A DNA stretch of 63,053 bases, from the IMG/VR virus record IMGVR_UViG_3300043391_000302, positions 1 to 63,053 of that record; one strand, given 5' to 3'. The notes below the pieces were generated by a model. It was not told where the DNA came from and did not search any database. It saw nothing but the letters and a program-made list of their open reading frames with translations. The position numbers were made by a program, and so were the translations under genes. Below, in pieces: positions 31,354-38,998 of the stretch. Numbering within the stretch: position 1 is the stretch's first letter; every line of letters starts with the position of its first letter. This stretch comes from a virus (lineage: Duplodnaviria > Caudoviricetes).

Positions 31354-31674
31354 ATGAGTACCTCTAAAAAAGACAATGACGATGAAATAGGCGCACGTTT
31401 AAAAAACATTCGCCTTAATGCTAGATTGACTCAGAAAGAGATGGCTAAAATTGTAAACATGAAGCCAGCTTCTGTAGGCGCATTAGAAAACGGATTATAT
31501 ACTCCTAACTATGATGTTCTACGTGCGATCAGGAAACGATTAGGCATTTCGTATGAGTACATAATAGATGGGGTAGATTCGGATATAAATATCTCTGAAC
31601 TGATTCTCAAAAACAAGTCTTTAGAAGAAGAGGTAGCAAGACTAAGTAAAGTAGTAGATAGATTATTGAAATAA
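31354..31674 (+). CDS. XRE-family HTH repressor
   Basis: IGARLKNIR...LTQKEMA...LENG HTH; divergent from the replication operon; TATATTTG box at 31322-31329. Confidence 0.88.
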   Translation: MSTSKKDNDDEIGARLKNIRLNARLTQKEMAKIVNMKPASVGALENGLYTPNYDVLRAIRKRLGISYEYIIDGVDSDINISELILKNKSLEEEVARLSKVVDRLLK

Positions 31675-31703
31675 AAAAGCCCCCAGTTCGGGGGCATTTC
31701 TTT
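31674..31703. terminator. Bidirectional terminator between repressor and integrase
   Basis: A-tract-GCCCCC-AGTTC-GGGGGC followed by a T-rich tract. Confidence 0.7.
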
Positions 31704-32976
31704 ATGCATTTAAAAACGAGTCGTAGTAGTTAGAAACCTCGTTCTTGAAGTTCTTTTCAACGTGACCAACGTAATGCTCAAAGGCTAATGATCTAGCCTC
31801 ATGTCCGCTACAGAACTTTATATAACGCTCAGGTACTCCATTGTATAGCATGGTTGTAATCGCTGTCTTCCTTAATAGGTGAGGGTGAACCCATTCCCAT
31901 AGAGGCTTTGTCTCATAGTACTGGTTCCCAGTATTATCTAGCCTTGATATGGTTACAACATCATGTGCATCTTCATAAAGTCTAAATAGCTTTTTGATAT
32001 TGTAGTACACTACCTCTTTGCTAGGCTCCATCGTAAATATCCTGCCATATCTAGCGAGGTTTTCTCTGTATATGTTGCCTAAGAAACGTGGCAAAGGCAT
32101 CTGTGAGAAGACGCCAGTCTTTTGATTCTTCTTGTTCAGATACACATCATCCTTGGAAATAACAAGATCGTTTGGCGTGAGGGACATTACATCGGCGATC
32201 CTCAGAGTAGTGATAAGTATGGTTGCAGATACTTCCCAGACCATTTTAAGCTCGTGTTCTAACTTGTTATACTTATCCAAGTCATTTAAAAACTTCTTTA
32301 CGAAAGCAGGAGGGAACACGATGATCGGCTTCTTATCCGCTTGTAGCCTTGGCACTTTAGGTAGCTGGAAGAAGTACTTCTTTGCCCAGTAGTTAACCAT
32401 TACGCCAGTGATATTTAAGATATCTGACCTGCTTGAGATTGAACTGCCTCTGTCAATGAGATACTTCTCAAATCGTTTGAAGTATTCATTAAAGTAATCA
32501 CTAATAACAATTTTCTCAGGAACAGATAGATTGCCATCAATATGAGATTCAGATAGGTCTAATGGTCCATAGAAATCAGAGAACTCATCAATCAGTTGAG
32601 CGCAATACTTATAGATGTTGACCGTAGACAAGCTGTAATTCCTCTTTGAAGAGCTCTTAACTTCGCCAGTCAGCATCATTTGTATATACTTCATCATTAG
32701 ATTATGCAAGAGAAATTCGCTATCATTAGTATCGAGAGGAGCATTAAACTCAACAGATCTAAGATCAGCATTAAGCAGATACTTCTCAGTTATCTTAACT
32801 TTGAACCTATCTAATTCATTGTTAAGTGCAGCTACCTCTGTTGTAGTTCCGATAAAACGCTTGCTAAATTTCATGTGTGGTTCCACCTTCAAACCAGTAG
32901 AAACCCTGAAACTTTCACTACCTGCTGATACATTGGCGTAGATCGTTTTCTTTCTTTTGTAAAATGAAATTTTCAT
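31702..32976 (-). CDS. int: Tyrosine recombinase / integrase
   Basis: LRIAD (R), QKT (K), HLLRKT (HxxR), SGH and downstream Y; N-terminal arm-binding-like region (RVSTGLKV). Confidence 0.88.
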   Translation of the reverse strand: MKISFYKRKKTIYANVSAGSESFRVSTGLKVEPHMKFSKRFIGTTTEVAALNNELDRFKVKITEKYLLNADLRSVEFNAPLDTNDSEFLLHNLMMKYIQMMLTGEVKSSSKRNYSLSTVNIYKYCAQLIDEFSDFYGPLDLSESHIDGNLSVPEKIVISDYFNEYFKRFEKYLIDRGSSISSRSDILNITGVMVNYWAKKYFFQLPKVPRLQADKKPIIVFPPAFVKKFLNDLDKYNKLEHELKMVWEVSATILITTLRIADVMSLTPNDLVISKDDVYLNKKNQKTGVFSQMPLPRFLGNIYRENLARYGRIFTMEPSKEVVYYNIKKLFRLYEDAHDVVTISRLDNTGNQYYETKPLWEWVHPHLLRKTAITTMLYNGVPERYIKFCSGHEARSLAFEHYVGHVEKNFKNEVSNYYDSFLNA

Positions 32977-33099
32977 ATTTTAGATTGTTTGTGTGCGAAT
33001 ATAATTACTTTTCACATATAATAGATTTTTTGTAACAACCTCCATCGTGTGTTTTTTTTCATGCAAACCATTATGAGTAGTGATTTTCTGATCATTTTA

Positions 33100-33265
33100 G
33101 GTGTGCTTTTTTGTGCTTTTTTTTATACACACATCAACAGAAAAACACGCACAATAGGGGTATAAATAATTGATTATCATAGCATTCATAATTAACTGGC
33201 ACTTATGTCTTACTTAACATAATATAACCCGTCTGTAAGGAGATCACTCAAAACTAATTGATAAT
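33100..33265. other. Candidate attP / recombination region
   Basis: Non-coding DNA next to int with tandem TGTGCTTTTT repeats, an IHF-consensus match TAAATAATTGATT (33163-33175) and a dif XerD-arm-like sequence (33212-33225). Confidence 0.4.
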
Positions 33266-33316
33266 GTTGACATTACAAAGTTATTCAGATAATTTTCCTC
33301 AACTAAAACACAGATT

Positions 33317-33559
33317 TTAATCATTAAAATACACAGCATTACTCTCACTTTTTAAGAGTGGAGAATCGATGTCGTAATTTAATTTATTTAATACTCTCGC
33401 AAATTTTTTACAAGATTTATGTAGTTGCTCTCTTATTTGTTCAGCAGTATATACTTCATTCTTTGTGGTCGTCTGGTCTTCTTCGCATAAAAGAAAGATG
33501 TCTACGTCTGCACAAAATAAACCGAGAGCTTGTTTAAATGTCAATGATGAATTTTCCAT
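33317..33559 (-). CDS. Hypothetical protein
   Basis: 80 aa ORF directly downstream of the tRNA-like RNA. Confidence 0.55.
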   Translation of the reverse strand: MENSSLTFKQALGLFCADVDIFLLCEEDQTTTKNEVYTAEQIREQLHKSCKKFARVLNKLNYDIDSPLLKSESNAVYFND

Positions 33560-33573
33560 GTTTTAAAAATTTT

Positions 33574-33723
33574 TGTAGTCAGGGTTGGATTCGAACCAAC
33601 AAAACCGAATGATGTGCGATAGCAAGGTTTGGGTTACCATATTCTCCTACATCTATTCGTATCGGATTTACATCGTAGCGTCTACCACGAGGATGGACAC
33701 CATCCTCCTTCCGCCACCTGACT
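33574..33723 (-). ncRNA. Enlarged (~150 nt) tRNA-like RNA
   Basis: Acceptor AGTCAGG/CCTGACT; TGGCGGAA...TGGTAGACGC D-arm with inserted hairpin; GTTGG-TTCGAAT-CCAAC T-arm; long non-canonical central region. Confidence 0.7.
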
Positions 33724-33730
33724 AACTAGT

Positions 33731-34075
33731 TTATACAACTAATGCACTCTTCATTAGTGATACCATCTTGTCTACACTAATGGTATCAGACTTCTCCATA
33801 GCGTGTCTAACTAGCTTATCATAAAGACTAGCGTAGTCATCCTCAAATCTATAACGAGAAGAGTGATCTTTAGAGTGATGAATAATAGTTGTATGATGCA
33901 TGTCTAAGAGTCTGCCTAGTTGAACCGTAGATGCAGAGTAGTACCTTCGCATTACATTCACTATTGCACATCTTATTTGGACAAACTCCTTTTTCCTTGA
34001 ACGAGTATATCTCACCTCAATTCCAGTAATCTCCTTAGCCAATCGGCATAACTCATTAAAATCTTGATCCTTCAT
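33731..34075 (-). CDS. DnaA C-terminal-like HTH DNA-binding protein
   Basis: SRKKEFVQIR...LGRLL..HHTTIIH pattern. Confidence 0.7.
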   Translation of the reverse strand: MKDQDFNELCRLAKEITGIEVRYTRSRKKEFVQIRCAIVNVMRRYYSASTVQLGRLLDMHHTTIIHHSKDHSSRYRFEDDYASLYDKLVRHAMEKSDTISVDKMVSLMKSALVV

Positions 34076-34253
34076 TTAGTCTTCTTTGTTCTATGTATTT
34101 AACAATGTCTATTACGTAATTACACAACTCCTCGTTAATTTCCTTGAGGGACTGGAGTGTTCTCTGTCGTTCTGACAATGGCATTTCCTCTACTCTGCTC
34201 AACCCATCGTTGATTGTTCTGAATAATAGCTTCACGTCTGCAATTTTGTTCAT
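34056..34253 (-). CDS. Hypothetical protein
   Basis: Short coupled ORF. Confidence 0.5.
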   Translation of the reverse strand: MNKIADVKLLFRTINDGLSRVEEMPLSERQRTLQSLKEINEELCNYVIDIVKYIEQRRLNEGSRF

Positions 34254-34326
34254 ATTCTAGGATTTTAGATTCGGGATATCCATTCATCTTATAGATGTAG
34301 ACTATCCATTCATTAAAGTTTGTCAT
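34135..34326 (-). CDS. Hypothetical protein
   Basis: MTNFNEW.. start after an A-rich leader; overlaps the next gene. Confidence 0.45.
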   Translation of the reverse strand: MTNFNEWIVYIYKMNGYPESKILEYEQNCRREAIIQNNQRWVEQSRGNAIVRTTENTPVPQGN

Positions 34327-34329
34327 ATT

Positions 34330-34596
34330 TTAGTTTTTATCGAAGTAACCATCGTTCTCAAACTTCTCTTCCACAAGAAGCGTTTCGGATAGTAGCAGTA
34401 TCTCTTCTGATATATCGCTCTCAGCAAGTAGTCCATGTTCATCTCCATCGTAACGGAAGACTTCTACATTACCATACTTGGCGGTGATCAAATAGATTTC
34501 TGAATTAAATTCGTCTCTTGATAGTCCGTGAACATCGCCTTCAATCTTGAGGTCAAGGTCACACCCGTTTACGGGATAATTAATCGTTATTCTCAT
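34330..34596 (-). CDS. Hypothetical acidic protein
   Basis: ORF in the early operon. Confidence 0.55.
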   Translation of the reverse strand: MRITINYPVNGCDLDLKIEGDVHGLSRDEFNSEIYLITAKYGNVEVFRYDGDEHGLLAESDISEEILLLSETLLVEEKFENDGYFDKN

Positions 34597-34795
34597 TTTG
34601 TAATTGGTTTAGAAATTCAATAGGATGATCAGTTAGCTCGGGGATAAGGAAGGAATGCCATTCACCAGTACTTATTTTATGATGAGCAAACTCTCTAGCT
34701 TTTTCTATTTGAATAGAAATAGATGGGCAGTTTGGATATACTTTAAAAGGTTTCTCTGAAACTGCAACGTCATTGTAGTAGATTGTTACATTCAT
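34580..34795 (-). CDS. Hypothetical protein
   Basis: ORF in the early operon. Confidence 0.55.
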   Translation of the reverse strand: MNVTIYYNDVAVSEKPFKVYPNCPSISIQIEKAREFAHHKISTGEWHSFLIPELTDHPIEFLNQLQNENND

Positions 34796-34989
34796 AGATT
34801 AAAAGTTTTTCTGATTAATTCCCCTAGTTCATAGTCATTAGGTGTTTCTAGGATTTTCTTGTAAGAAACATGAACACACCCTCTAGGGCAGGTCTGACCA
34901 ACGCCTTCAACATATCCTTGTCGATAGTCGATGTGCGTTTCAAATTCGTATGGAGTAGTTCCTCCACACACTACGCATTTTTCTTTCAT
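34792..34989 (-). CDS. Small Zn-binding hypothetical protein
   Basis: CVVC...HID.R.GYVEG.GQ.C..C pattern. Confidence 0.65.
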   Translation of the reverse strand: MKEKCVVCGGTTPYEFETHIDYRQGYVEGVGQTCPRGCVHVSYKKILETPNDYELGELIRKTFNL

Positions 34990-35098
34990 GGTTATGGGTT
35001 TTACAATGTGGACAAATGGGCAGACTCTTTTTATTTTTGAAGATCGTCTGCGTGAATAATTTTTTGCAGTTGATACACTTGATAAAGGTTTCAGCCAT
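34940..35098 (-). CDS. Zinc-ribbon peptide (52 aa)
   Basis: Read by hand: MAETFIKCINC...CPHC. Confidence 0.55.
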   Translation of the reverse strand: MAETFIKCINCKKLFTQTIFKNKKSLPICPHCKTHNHERKMRSVWRNYSIRI

Positions 35099-35116
35099 AA
35101 GTTTCGTTATAGTGTT

Positions 35117-35177
35117 ATCATTTTGTTGGGGTCAACGATATGATGCTCTACCATTTTGTTGACGTCACCGATATGGT
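35117..35177. repeat. Two tandem 28-bp imperfect palindromic units
   Basis: ATCATTTTGTTGGGGTCAACGATATGAT and ACCATTTTGTTGACGTCACCGATATGGT. Confidence 0.75.
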
Positions 35178-35227
35178 CTGTTTGTTGTGCTGTAGTATAT
35201 TTTTTTGTAAATCCGTATTATAGTTCT

Positions 35228-35260
35228 GAAAAAACCCCAAACGTGGAAACGCTCGGGGGT
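35228..35260 (-). terminator. Intrinsic terminator (copy A)
   Basis: Minus strand ACCCCCGAGCG-TTTCCA-CGTTTGGGG-TTTTTTT. Confidence 0.65.
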
Positions 35261-35280
35261 AAAAATCAAAGTCTGACAAC

Positions 35281-35342
35281 TGAACCCGTGAGAGGAATTG
35301 AACCTCCATCTACTAGCGTTCTACCAATTGAACTACACGGAT
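35281..35342 (-). ncRNA. tRNA-like RNA lacking an anticodon arm
   Basis: ATCCGTG/CACGGGT acceptor; GTTC-AATTGGTA-GAAC D-arm; GGAGG-TTCAATT-CCTCT T-arm; only ~10 nt between the D and T arms. Confidence 0.75.
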
Positions 35343-35375
35343 AAAAAACCCCAAGCCTAGACAAGCTCGGGGGTT
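35343..35375 (-). terminator. Intrinsic terminator (copy B)
   Basis: Minus strand AACCCCCGAGCT-TGTCTA-GGCTTGGGG-TTTTTT. Confidence 0.65.
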
Positions 35376-35387
35376 AAAACACACACA

Positions 35388-35591
35388 CTAAAACAACTTC
35401 CTTAGGAACTCTTTCCTCCACTCATCTTTCACACATGGTTCTACATCATCCCATAGGAAGTCTTTTAAAAGTTCCTTAATCTCTCGCTCTTCCTGATCAC
35501 CTTGATTCCAGATTCTAGGGTCATCGGTCATTGCGTATTGAAAATCATGCTGATGAATTAACTCAATCAGATTATTAAATTGTTCGTTCAT
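35388..35591 (-). CDS. Hypothetical protein
   Basis: ATG at 35591 (MNEQF...HDFQYAMTDD). Confidence 0.6.
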   Translation of the reverse strand: MNEQFNNLIELIHQHDFQYAMTDDPRIWNQGDQEEREIKELLKDFLWDDVEPCVKDEWRKEFLRKLF

Positions 35592-35596
35592 ATCAA

Positions 35597-36145
35597 TTAT
35601 TTTAAGGCGGAATTTAACTGCTCGGGGGTGATTCCAATGGTTTGCCCTAACCACTCTGTAAAGCCATCTAAATCGGCTTCTCTTATAATCACATCGGATG
35701 CTACTGAAAACACGTTAGAGGTTAACCCAAAGGCGAAGACAATTTCATATGGACAATACTCACCTTCAGCAATCTGCTCAACAAAATCATTGAAGGTGTG
35801 CTTCCATGAAACATCCTCGTATCTACCTGTCGACCATCCACTAGCAAGGGTGATGTAACCATCCTCAATGATCGGATCCCAGTACCCTCTCCAACCATCG
35901 GTCTTTACATACCTAAATCCGCTTACTCCATTTGGCGAACTCTCTTCCCACCACTCGGTATCCCTGAACCCAAAGTCAGAACACCACAAGTGCTTTCTTA
36001 TCTCGCCATCCCTTGCAACTACAACTGATGAAGCATACTGCCAAGCATCGGATTCACAACTCTCGCAAAATGGTTCGCCATCATTGTTAAACCATATGCC
36101 GTGGTTCTCATTGATTTCTTGTTCGCAACATTTACAAATATCCAT
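35597..36145 (-). CDS. Hypothetical protein with N-terminal Zn finger
   Basis: Probable true start MDICKCC at 36145 after an AAAACACAC leader; CxxC...CxxC. Confidence 0.7.
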   Translation of the reverse strand: MDICKCCEQEINENHGIWFNNDGEPFCESCESDAWQYASSVVVARDGEIRKHLWCSDFGFRDTEWWEESSPNGVSGFRYVKTDGWRGYWDPIIEDGYITLASGWSTGRYEDVSWKHTFNDFVEQIAEGEYCPYEIVFAFGLTSNVFSVASDVIIREADLDGFTEWLGQTIGITPEQLNSALK

Positions 36146-36162
36146 AGTGTGTTTTTTTAGTG

Positions 36163-36208
36163 TGGAACTGCGGTCGGTATCGCTCCGACTTATCCACTCT
36201 CGCAGTTC
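36163..36208 (-). ncRNA. Mini-tRNA element 1
   Basis: GAACTGCG-AGAGTGGATAA-GTCGG-AGCGATA-CCGAC-CGCAGTTC-CA. Confidence 0.75.
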
Positions 36209-36218
36209 GGGGGATAGT

Positions 36219-36470
36219 TTATGCAAATACTATCTCATCGTAATCGAACATAGCGACTTCACCATTGTCATCGAGTTCGACATCTTGACCTTCTGCTACA
36301 ACATCTTCCGGTAAGTACCCAACGCCATCAAGTATATCTTGAAGGCTAACACTAAAGTTTCCTTTTTCTTTTAGCTGTCCAAGGATATCATGTCTATAAA
36401 AAAACTCTTTACAAATGTCATGGTCAAAATACCAATCAATAAATGCTTGCTTGTCAATTAAAAGTTTCAT
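36219..36470 (-). CDS. Hypothetical acidic early protein
   Basis: AAAACACAAACAC-ATG leader. Confidence 0.65.
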   Translation of the reverse strand: MKLLIDKQAFIDWYFDHDICKEFFYRHDILGQLKEKGNFSVSLQDILDGVGYLPEDVVAEGQDVELDDNGEVAMFDYDEIVFA

Positions 36471-36481
36471 GTGTTTGTGTT

Positions 36482-36763
36482 TTAATGAGATTTATAGATA
36501 TCGTTTCTCCATTTACTATCTGCAGGTTTATAGTTTCCGCTATTGTCCCAAAATCCTAGTTCTAGTACGTCAAATTCTGATGGCTTTGGAGATGTCTTCT
36601 CAGTATATCTTTCGTACCAATTATCCCATTCCTCTACATCAAATCTTTCTGCATCTAATAGGTAGCACCTTTCATTGCCGACACTTTCTATTAGGTCTTT
36701 TTCTATAACATTGCCTTTGTCATCGGTGGTAATTAAACCCCAACTTGATTGAATTGTTATCAT
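36482..36763 (-). CDS. Hypothetical early protein
   Basis: Probable true start MITIQSSWG at 36763 after the leader motif. Confidence 0.65.
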   Translation of the reverse strand: MITIQSSWGLITTDDKGNVIEKDLIESVGNERCYLLDAERFDVEEWDNWYERYTEKTSPKPSEFDVLELGFWDNSGNYKPADSKWRNDIYKSH

Positions 36764-36780
36764 GTGTTTGTGTTTTGATT

Positions 36781-36826
36781 CGGAACTGAGGGCAGTATCG
36801 CTCTGCCTTAACCACTCTCTCAGTTC
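36781..36826 (-). ncRNA. Mini-tRNA element 2
   Basis: GAACTGAG-AGAGTGGTTAA-GGCAG-AGCGATA-CTGCC-CTCAGTTC-CG. Confidence 0.75.
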
Positions 36827-36833
36827 GGCTATA

Positions 36834-37298
36834 TTATTCCTCTTCATCTTCGTACTCTGATGCATCCGTCATAAATATTAACTCTTCAAGTACGTTATTG
36901 GTCTTAGCATCATATACTCCCTCGCCCATGTAAGTAATACGCTCAGCATCTCCATCAGGATCGTAACGATAGGTTAATTCAATTTTGGATAAGTCGTAAT
37001 GCAATGCTTTCATTTCAAGCAAATCGTTCAATAACATTTCTGCGGTATAAGATTTTGCTATTACTCTGTCTCTTATTTTTGTTACTATGATATCATCTTC
37101 TCTAGTATCATACTCGCTACAGATAACTTCATACTTTCCAATATCCATGAAATCTATGATGGCTTGGATTTGTGAAACATCATCTTCTGCTTCCCAATCC
37201 TTACCTAATACTTCTTCAGCAATTTCTTCTAGATTATTACCTGATACGAATGCGTACGTTGAATAGTATTCACCTTCAACATTTTTAATTTCTTTCAT
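36834..37298 (-). CDS. Hypothetical acidic early protein
   Basis: 154 aa; AAAAAAACACACATT-ATG leader. Confidence 0.7.
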   Translation of the reverse strand: MKEIKNVEGEYYSTYAFVSGNNLEEIAEEVLGKDWEAEDDVSQIQAIIDFMDIGKYEVICSEYDTREDDIIVTKIRDRVIAKSYTAEMLLNDLLEMKALHYDLSKIELTYRYDPDGDAERITYMGEGVYDAKTNNVLEELIFMTDASEYEDEEE

Positions 37299-37332
37299 AA
37301 TGTGTGTTTTTTTAATCTGCCGACATTGGCAT

Positions 37333-37379
37333 TGGAACTGCTCCGGTCACGAGCCGGATGCCATCGGTATGGGCAGTTC
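37333..37379 (-). ncRNA. Mini-tRNA element 3
   Basis: GAACTGC-CCATACCGATGGCA-TCCGG-CTCGTGA-CCGGA-GCAGTTC-CA. Confidence 0.7.
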
Positions 37380-37458
37380 GGGGGGAATTAAATTAATCCC
37401 CAAGCATACAAGTCTATTAGGACTATAGTAGCATAGAATAAGATGGCAATCAGTACTT

Positions 37459-37677
37459 TCATTTTTGTTTATTTAAAAGTGATTCAAGAAGTGTTAGTCG
37501 ATTAGCTTCGAAGAACTCTACAATACATTCGTATTCAGGCTTATTTGGGTTATTGAATCCGCTATCATCGAATACCTTGTAAAGTGATTGAAGGTCTTCG
37601 TACATAAAGTCATATTCGTAGTTAACTCCAACGAATACATCGTACAATTTGCTGAATAGAAATAGTGAATAATTCAT
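37459..37677 (-). CDS. Hypothetical early protein
   Basis: CACACACC-ATG leader. Confidence 0.65.
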   Translation of the reverse strand: MNYSLFLFSKLYDVFVGVNYEYDFMYEDLQSLYKVFDDSGFNNPNKPEYECIVEFFEANRLTLLESLLNKQK

Positions 37678-37688
37678 GGTGTGTGATT

Positions 37689-37964
37689 TTATTTGTTTGG
37701 AATGTTGAAATAGTTTCTATGGTCTCCAATTGTTGATACTTCCATCTCGCTGTAATTAGTCATATCAATTTTGCCATTTACAACATTGTAAATCGTTATA
37801 ATTGGAACTTCGTTTCCGTTTTCCTGATAATAGTTGATATCAAAGTGTTCATTAAGTGAGTTCCAGTAATCACCAACATCTCCTTCTTTTAAGTCGAATT
37901 TCTTGATGACGTCTAGGAATTTTACATGTAACATTCTTTTGTCATAGTCGATTAGTGCTTTCAT
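37689..37964 (-). CDS. Hypothetical early protein
   Basis: Probable true start MKALIDY at 37964 after AAAACACACC. Confidence 0.65.
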   Translation of the reverse strand: MKALIDYDKRMLHVKFLDVIKKFDLKEGDVGDYWNSLNEHFDINYYQENGNEVPIITIYNVVNGKIDMTNYSEMEVSTIGDHRNYFNIPNK

Positions 37965-37972
37965 GGTGTGTT

Positions 37973-38164
37973 TTAGTTGAATTGAATTGATAGGAGAGAG
38001 ATAGAACCATTCAGCAGTCCTTCCATGGTTTGGAGGTCTACATTGGATGAATGCCATCCATCGGATAGGTCGTTAATCTCGAACTCGTTTTCCGATAGTC
38101 GGTATACCGACCTTGTAATAAGTCCGAATTTCCAATCTTGCCATGTGTTAATTTCTTGAGTCAT
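37973..38164 (-). CDS. Hypothetical early protein
   Basis: AAAACACACTACA-ATG leader. Confidence 0.6.
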   Translation of the reverse strand: MTQEINTWQDWKFGLITRSVYRLSENEFEINDLSDGWHSSNVDLQTMEGLLNGSISLLSIQFN

Positions 38165-38182
38165 TGTAGTGTGTTTTGGTGG

Positions 38183-38383
38183 CTAAAATTCTCTTGTAAA
38201 CTCGTTTCTTGTTACATCGAACGAGTCGTGCATATTCCTCCAATGTGTGTGGAGTACATTACTAGCAAATGCATCAAGTTCCATTGCCAAGATTCTTTTT
38301 TGGCGGTCGGTCAAGGTGATTTCTGACCTCATCTCAAATGATTGTATCACTTGGTCAAAGTGTCGGTTTGTTTTAATTTCCAT
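38183..38383 (-). CDS. Hypothetical early protein
   Basis: Probable true start MEIKTN at 38383 after AAAACACACACA. Confidence 0.6.
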   Translation of the reverse strand: MEIKTNRHFDQVIQSFEMRSEITLTDRQKRILAMELDAFASNVLHTHWRNMHDSFDVTRNEFTREF

Positions 38384-38400
38384 TGTGTGTGTTTTAATGA

Positions 38401-38595
38401 TTATTTTAAAAGTTCCCATCCCCATTGTCTCACGCCCTCAGAATACATTTTCTCATCAGTTACGCAACATTGCTCAAGTTCAATTGCGTAAACATCGGTC
38501 TCTGATAATTTCTTCATAGCTTCTTCATAGTTTTCTGCATCAATTTCAATAATGGTTTCGTAAGTTCTAACCATTGTAAAAGTGTAAGATTTCAT
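38401..38595 (-). CDS. Hypothetical early protein
   Basis: Probable true start MKSYTFTM at 38595; IEIDAENYEEA motif. Confidence 0.65.
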   Translation of the reverse strand: MKSYTFTMVRTYETIIEIDAENYEEAMKKLSETDVYAIELEQCCVTDEKMYSEGVRQWGWELLK

Positions 38596-38611
38596 GGTGT
38601 GTGTTTTAGTG

Positions 38612-38656
38612 AGGAACTGCCAAGCGAATCGAACGCTTGTACAACCATTGCAGTTC
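38612..38656 (-). ncRNA. Mini-tRNA element 4
   Basis: GAACTGC-AATGGTTGTA-CAAGCG-TTCGATT-CGCTTG-GCAGTTC-CT. Confidence 0.78.
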
Positions 38657-38660
38657 TTTT

Positions 38661-38724
38661 GCCGAGCCGATAGTGTAGGCATCTACCAAGCACTATCCCC
38701 ACGTTCTTCATGGTGGCTCTCAGC
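38661..38724 (-). ncRNA. Candidate three-way-junction structured RNA
   Basis: GCTGAG/CTCGGC closing stem enclosing CCAC/GTGG and GATAGTG/CACTATC hairpins. Confidence 0.45.
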
Positions 38725-38735
38725 AGTTCGGGAGA

Positions 38736-38831
38736 TTACCACATCTCCGGTGATGCATTACCTGATAGGCAAAGCAATAAAGCACCTAGTGTTAGGATAA
38801 TCATCATGATGGCGAAATCTCGGTTCTTCAT
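38736..38831 (-). CDS. Small hydrophobic peptide (31 aa)
   Basis: Read by hand: MKNRDFAIMMIILTLGALLLCLSGNASPEMW. Confidence 0.5.
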   Translation of the reverse strand: MKNRDFAIMMIILTLGALLLCLSGNASPEMW

Positions 38832-38998
38832 ATATATAATGTTGGGTTATTCATTTGCATTCTTAATTGAAACATCTTGTACTTTTCTCTCGCCTCACGT
38901 ATACCTAACCCGTACAATTCCATGTAATGGCGGATAATCTTGTCATCAATTGTGATTGACTTTCTAACTTTTCTTGTGCGTGAAAAAACTAGTCTCAT
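38828..38998 (-). CDS. Small basic hypothetical protein (56 aa)
   Basis: Read by hand: MRLVFSRTRKVRKSITIDDKIIRHYMELYG... Confidence 0.5.
   Translation of the reverse strand: MRLVFSRTRKVRKSITIDDKIIRHYMELYGLGIREAREKYKMFQLRMQMNNPTLYI

Noticed and set aside
33574-35342. Canonical tRNA genes or tmRNA
   Set aside because: Neither element has a normal 5-bp/7-nt anticodon arm; no tmRNA-type alanine acceptor end or tag reading frame was seen.
36146-36865. ORF-track N-terminal extensions such as ELREW..SDT..SS..KH (36226, 36865; similar at 38682 and 39762)
   Set aside because: These are translations through the mini-tRNA elements; the probable real starts follow the AAAACACAC leader.
38661-38724. 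Hammerhead ribozyme
   Set aside because: CTGAGAG lies within the closing stem and the GAAA and NUH core elements are missing.
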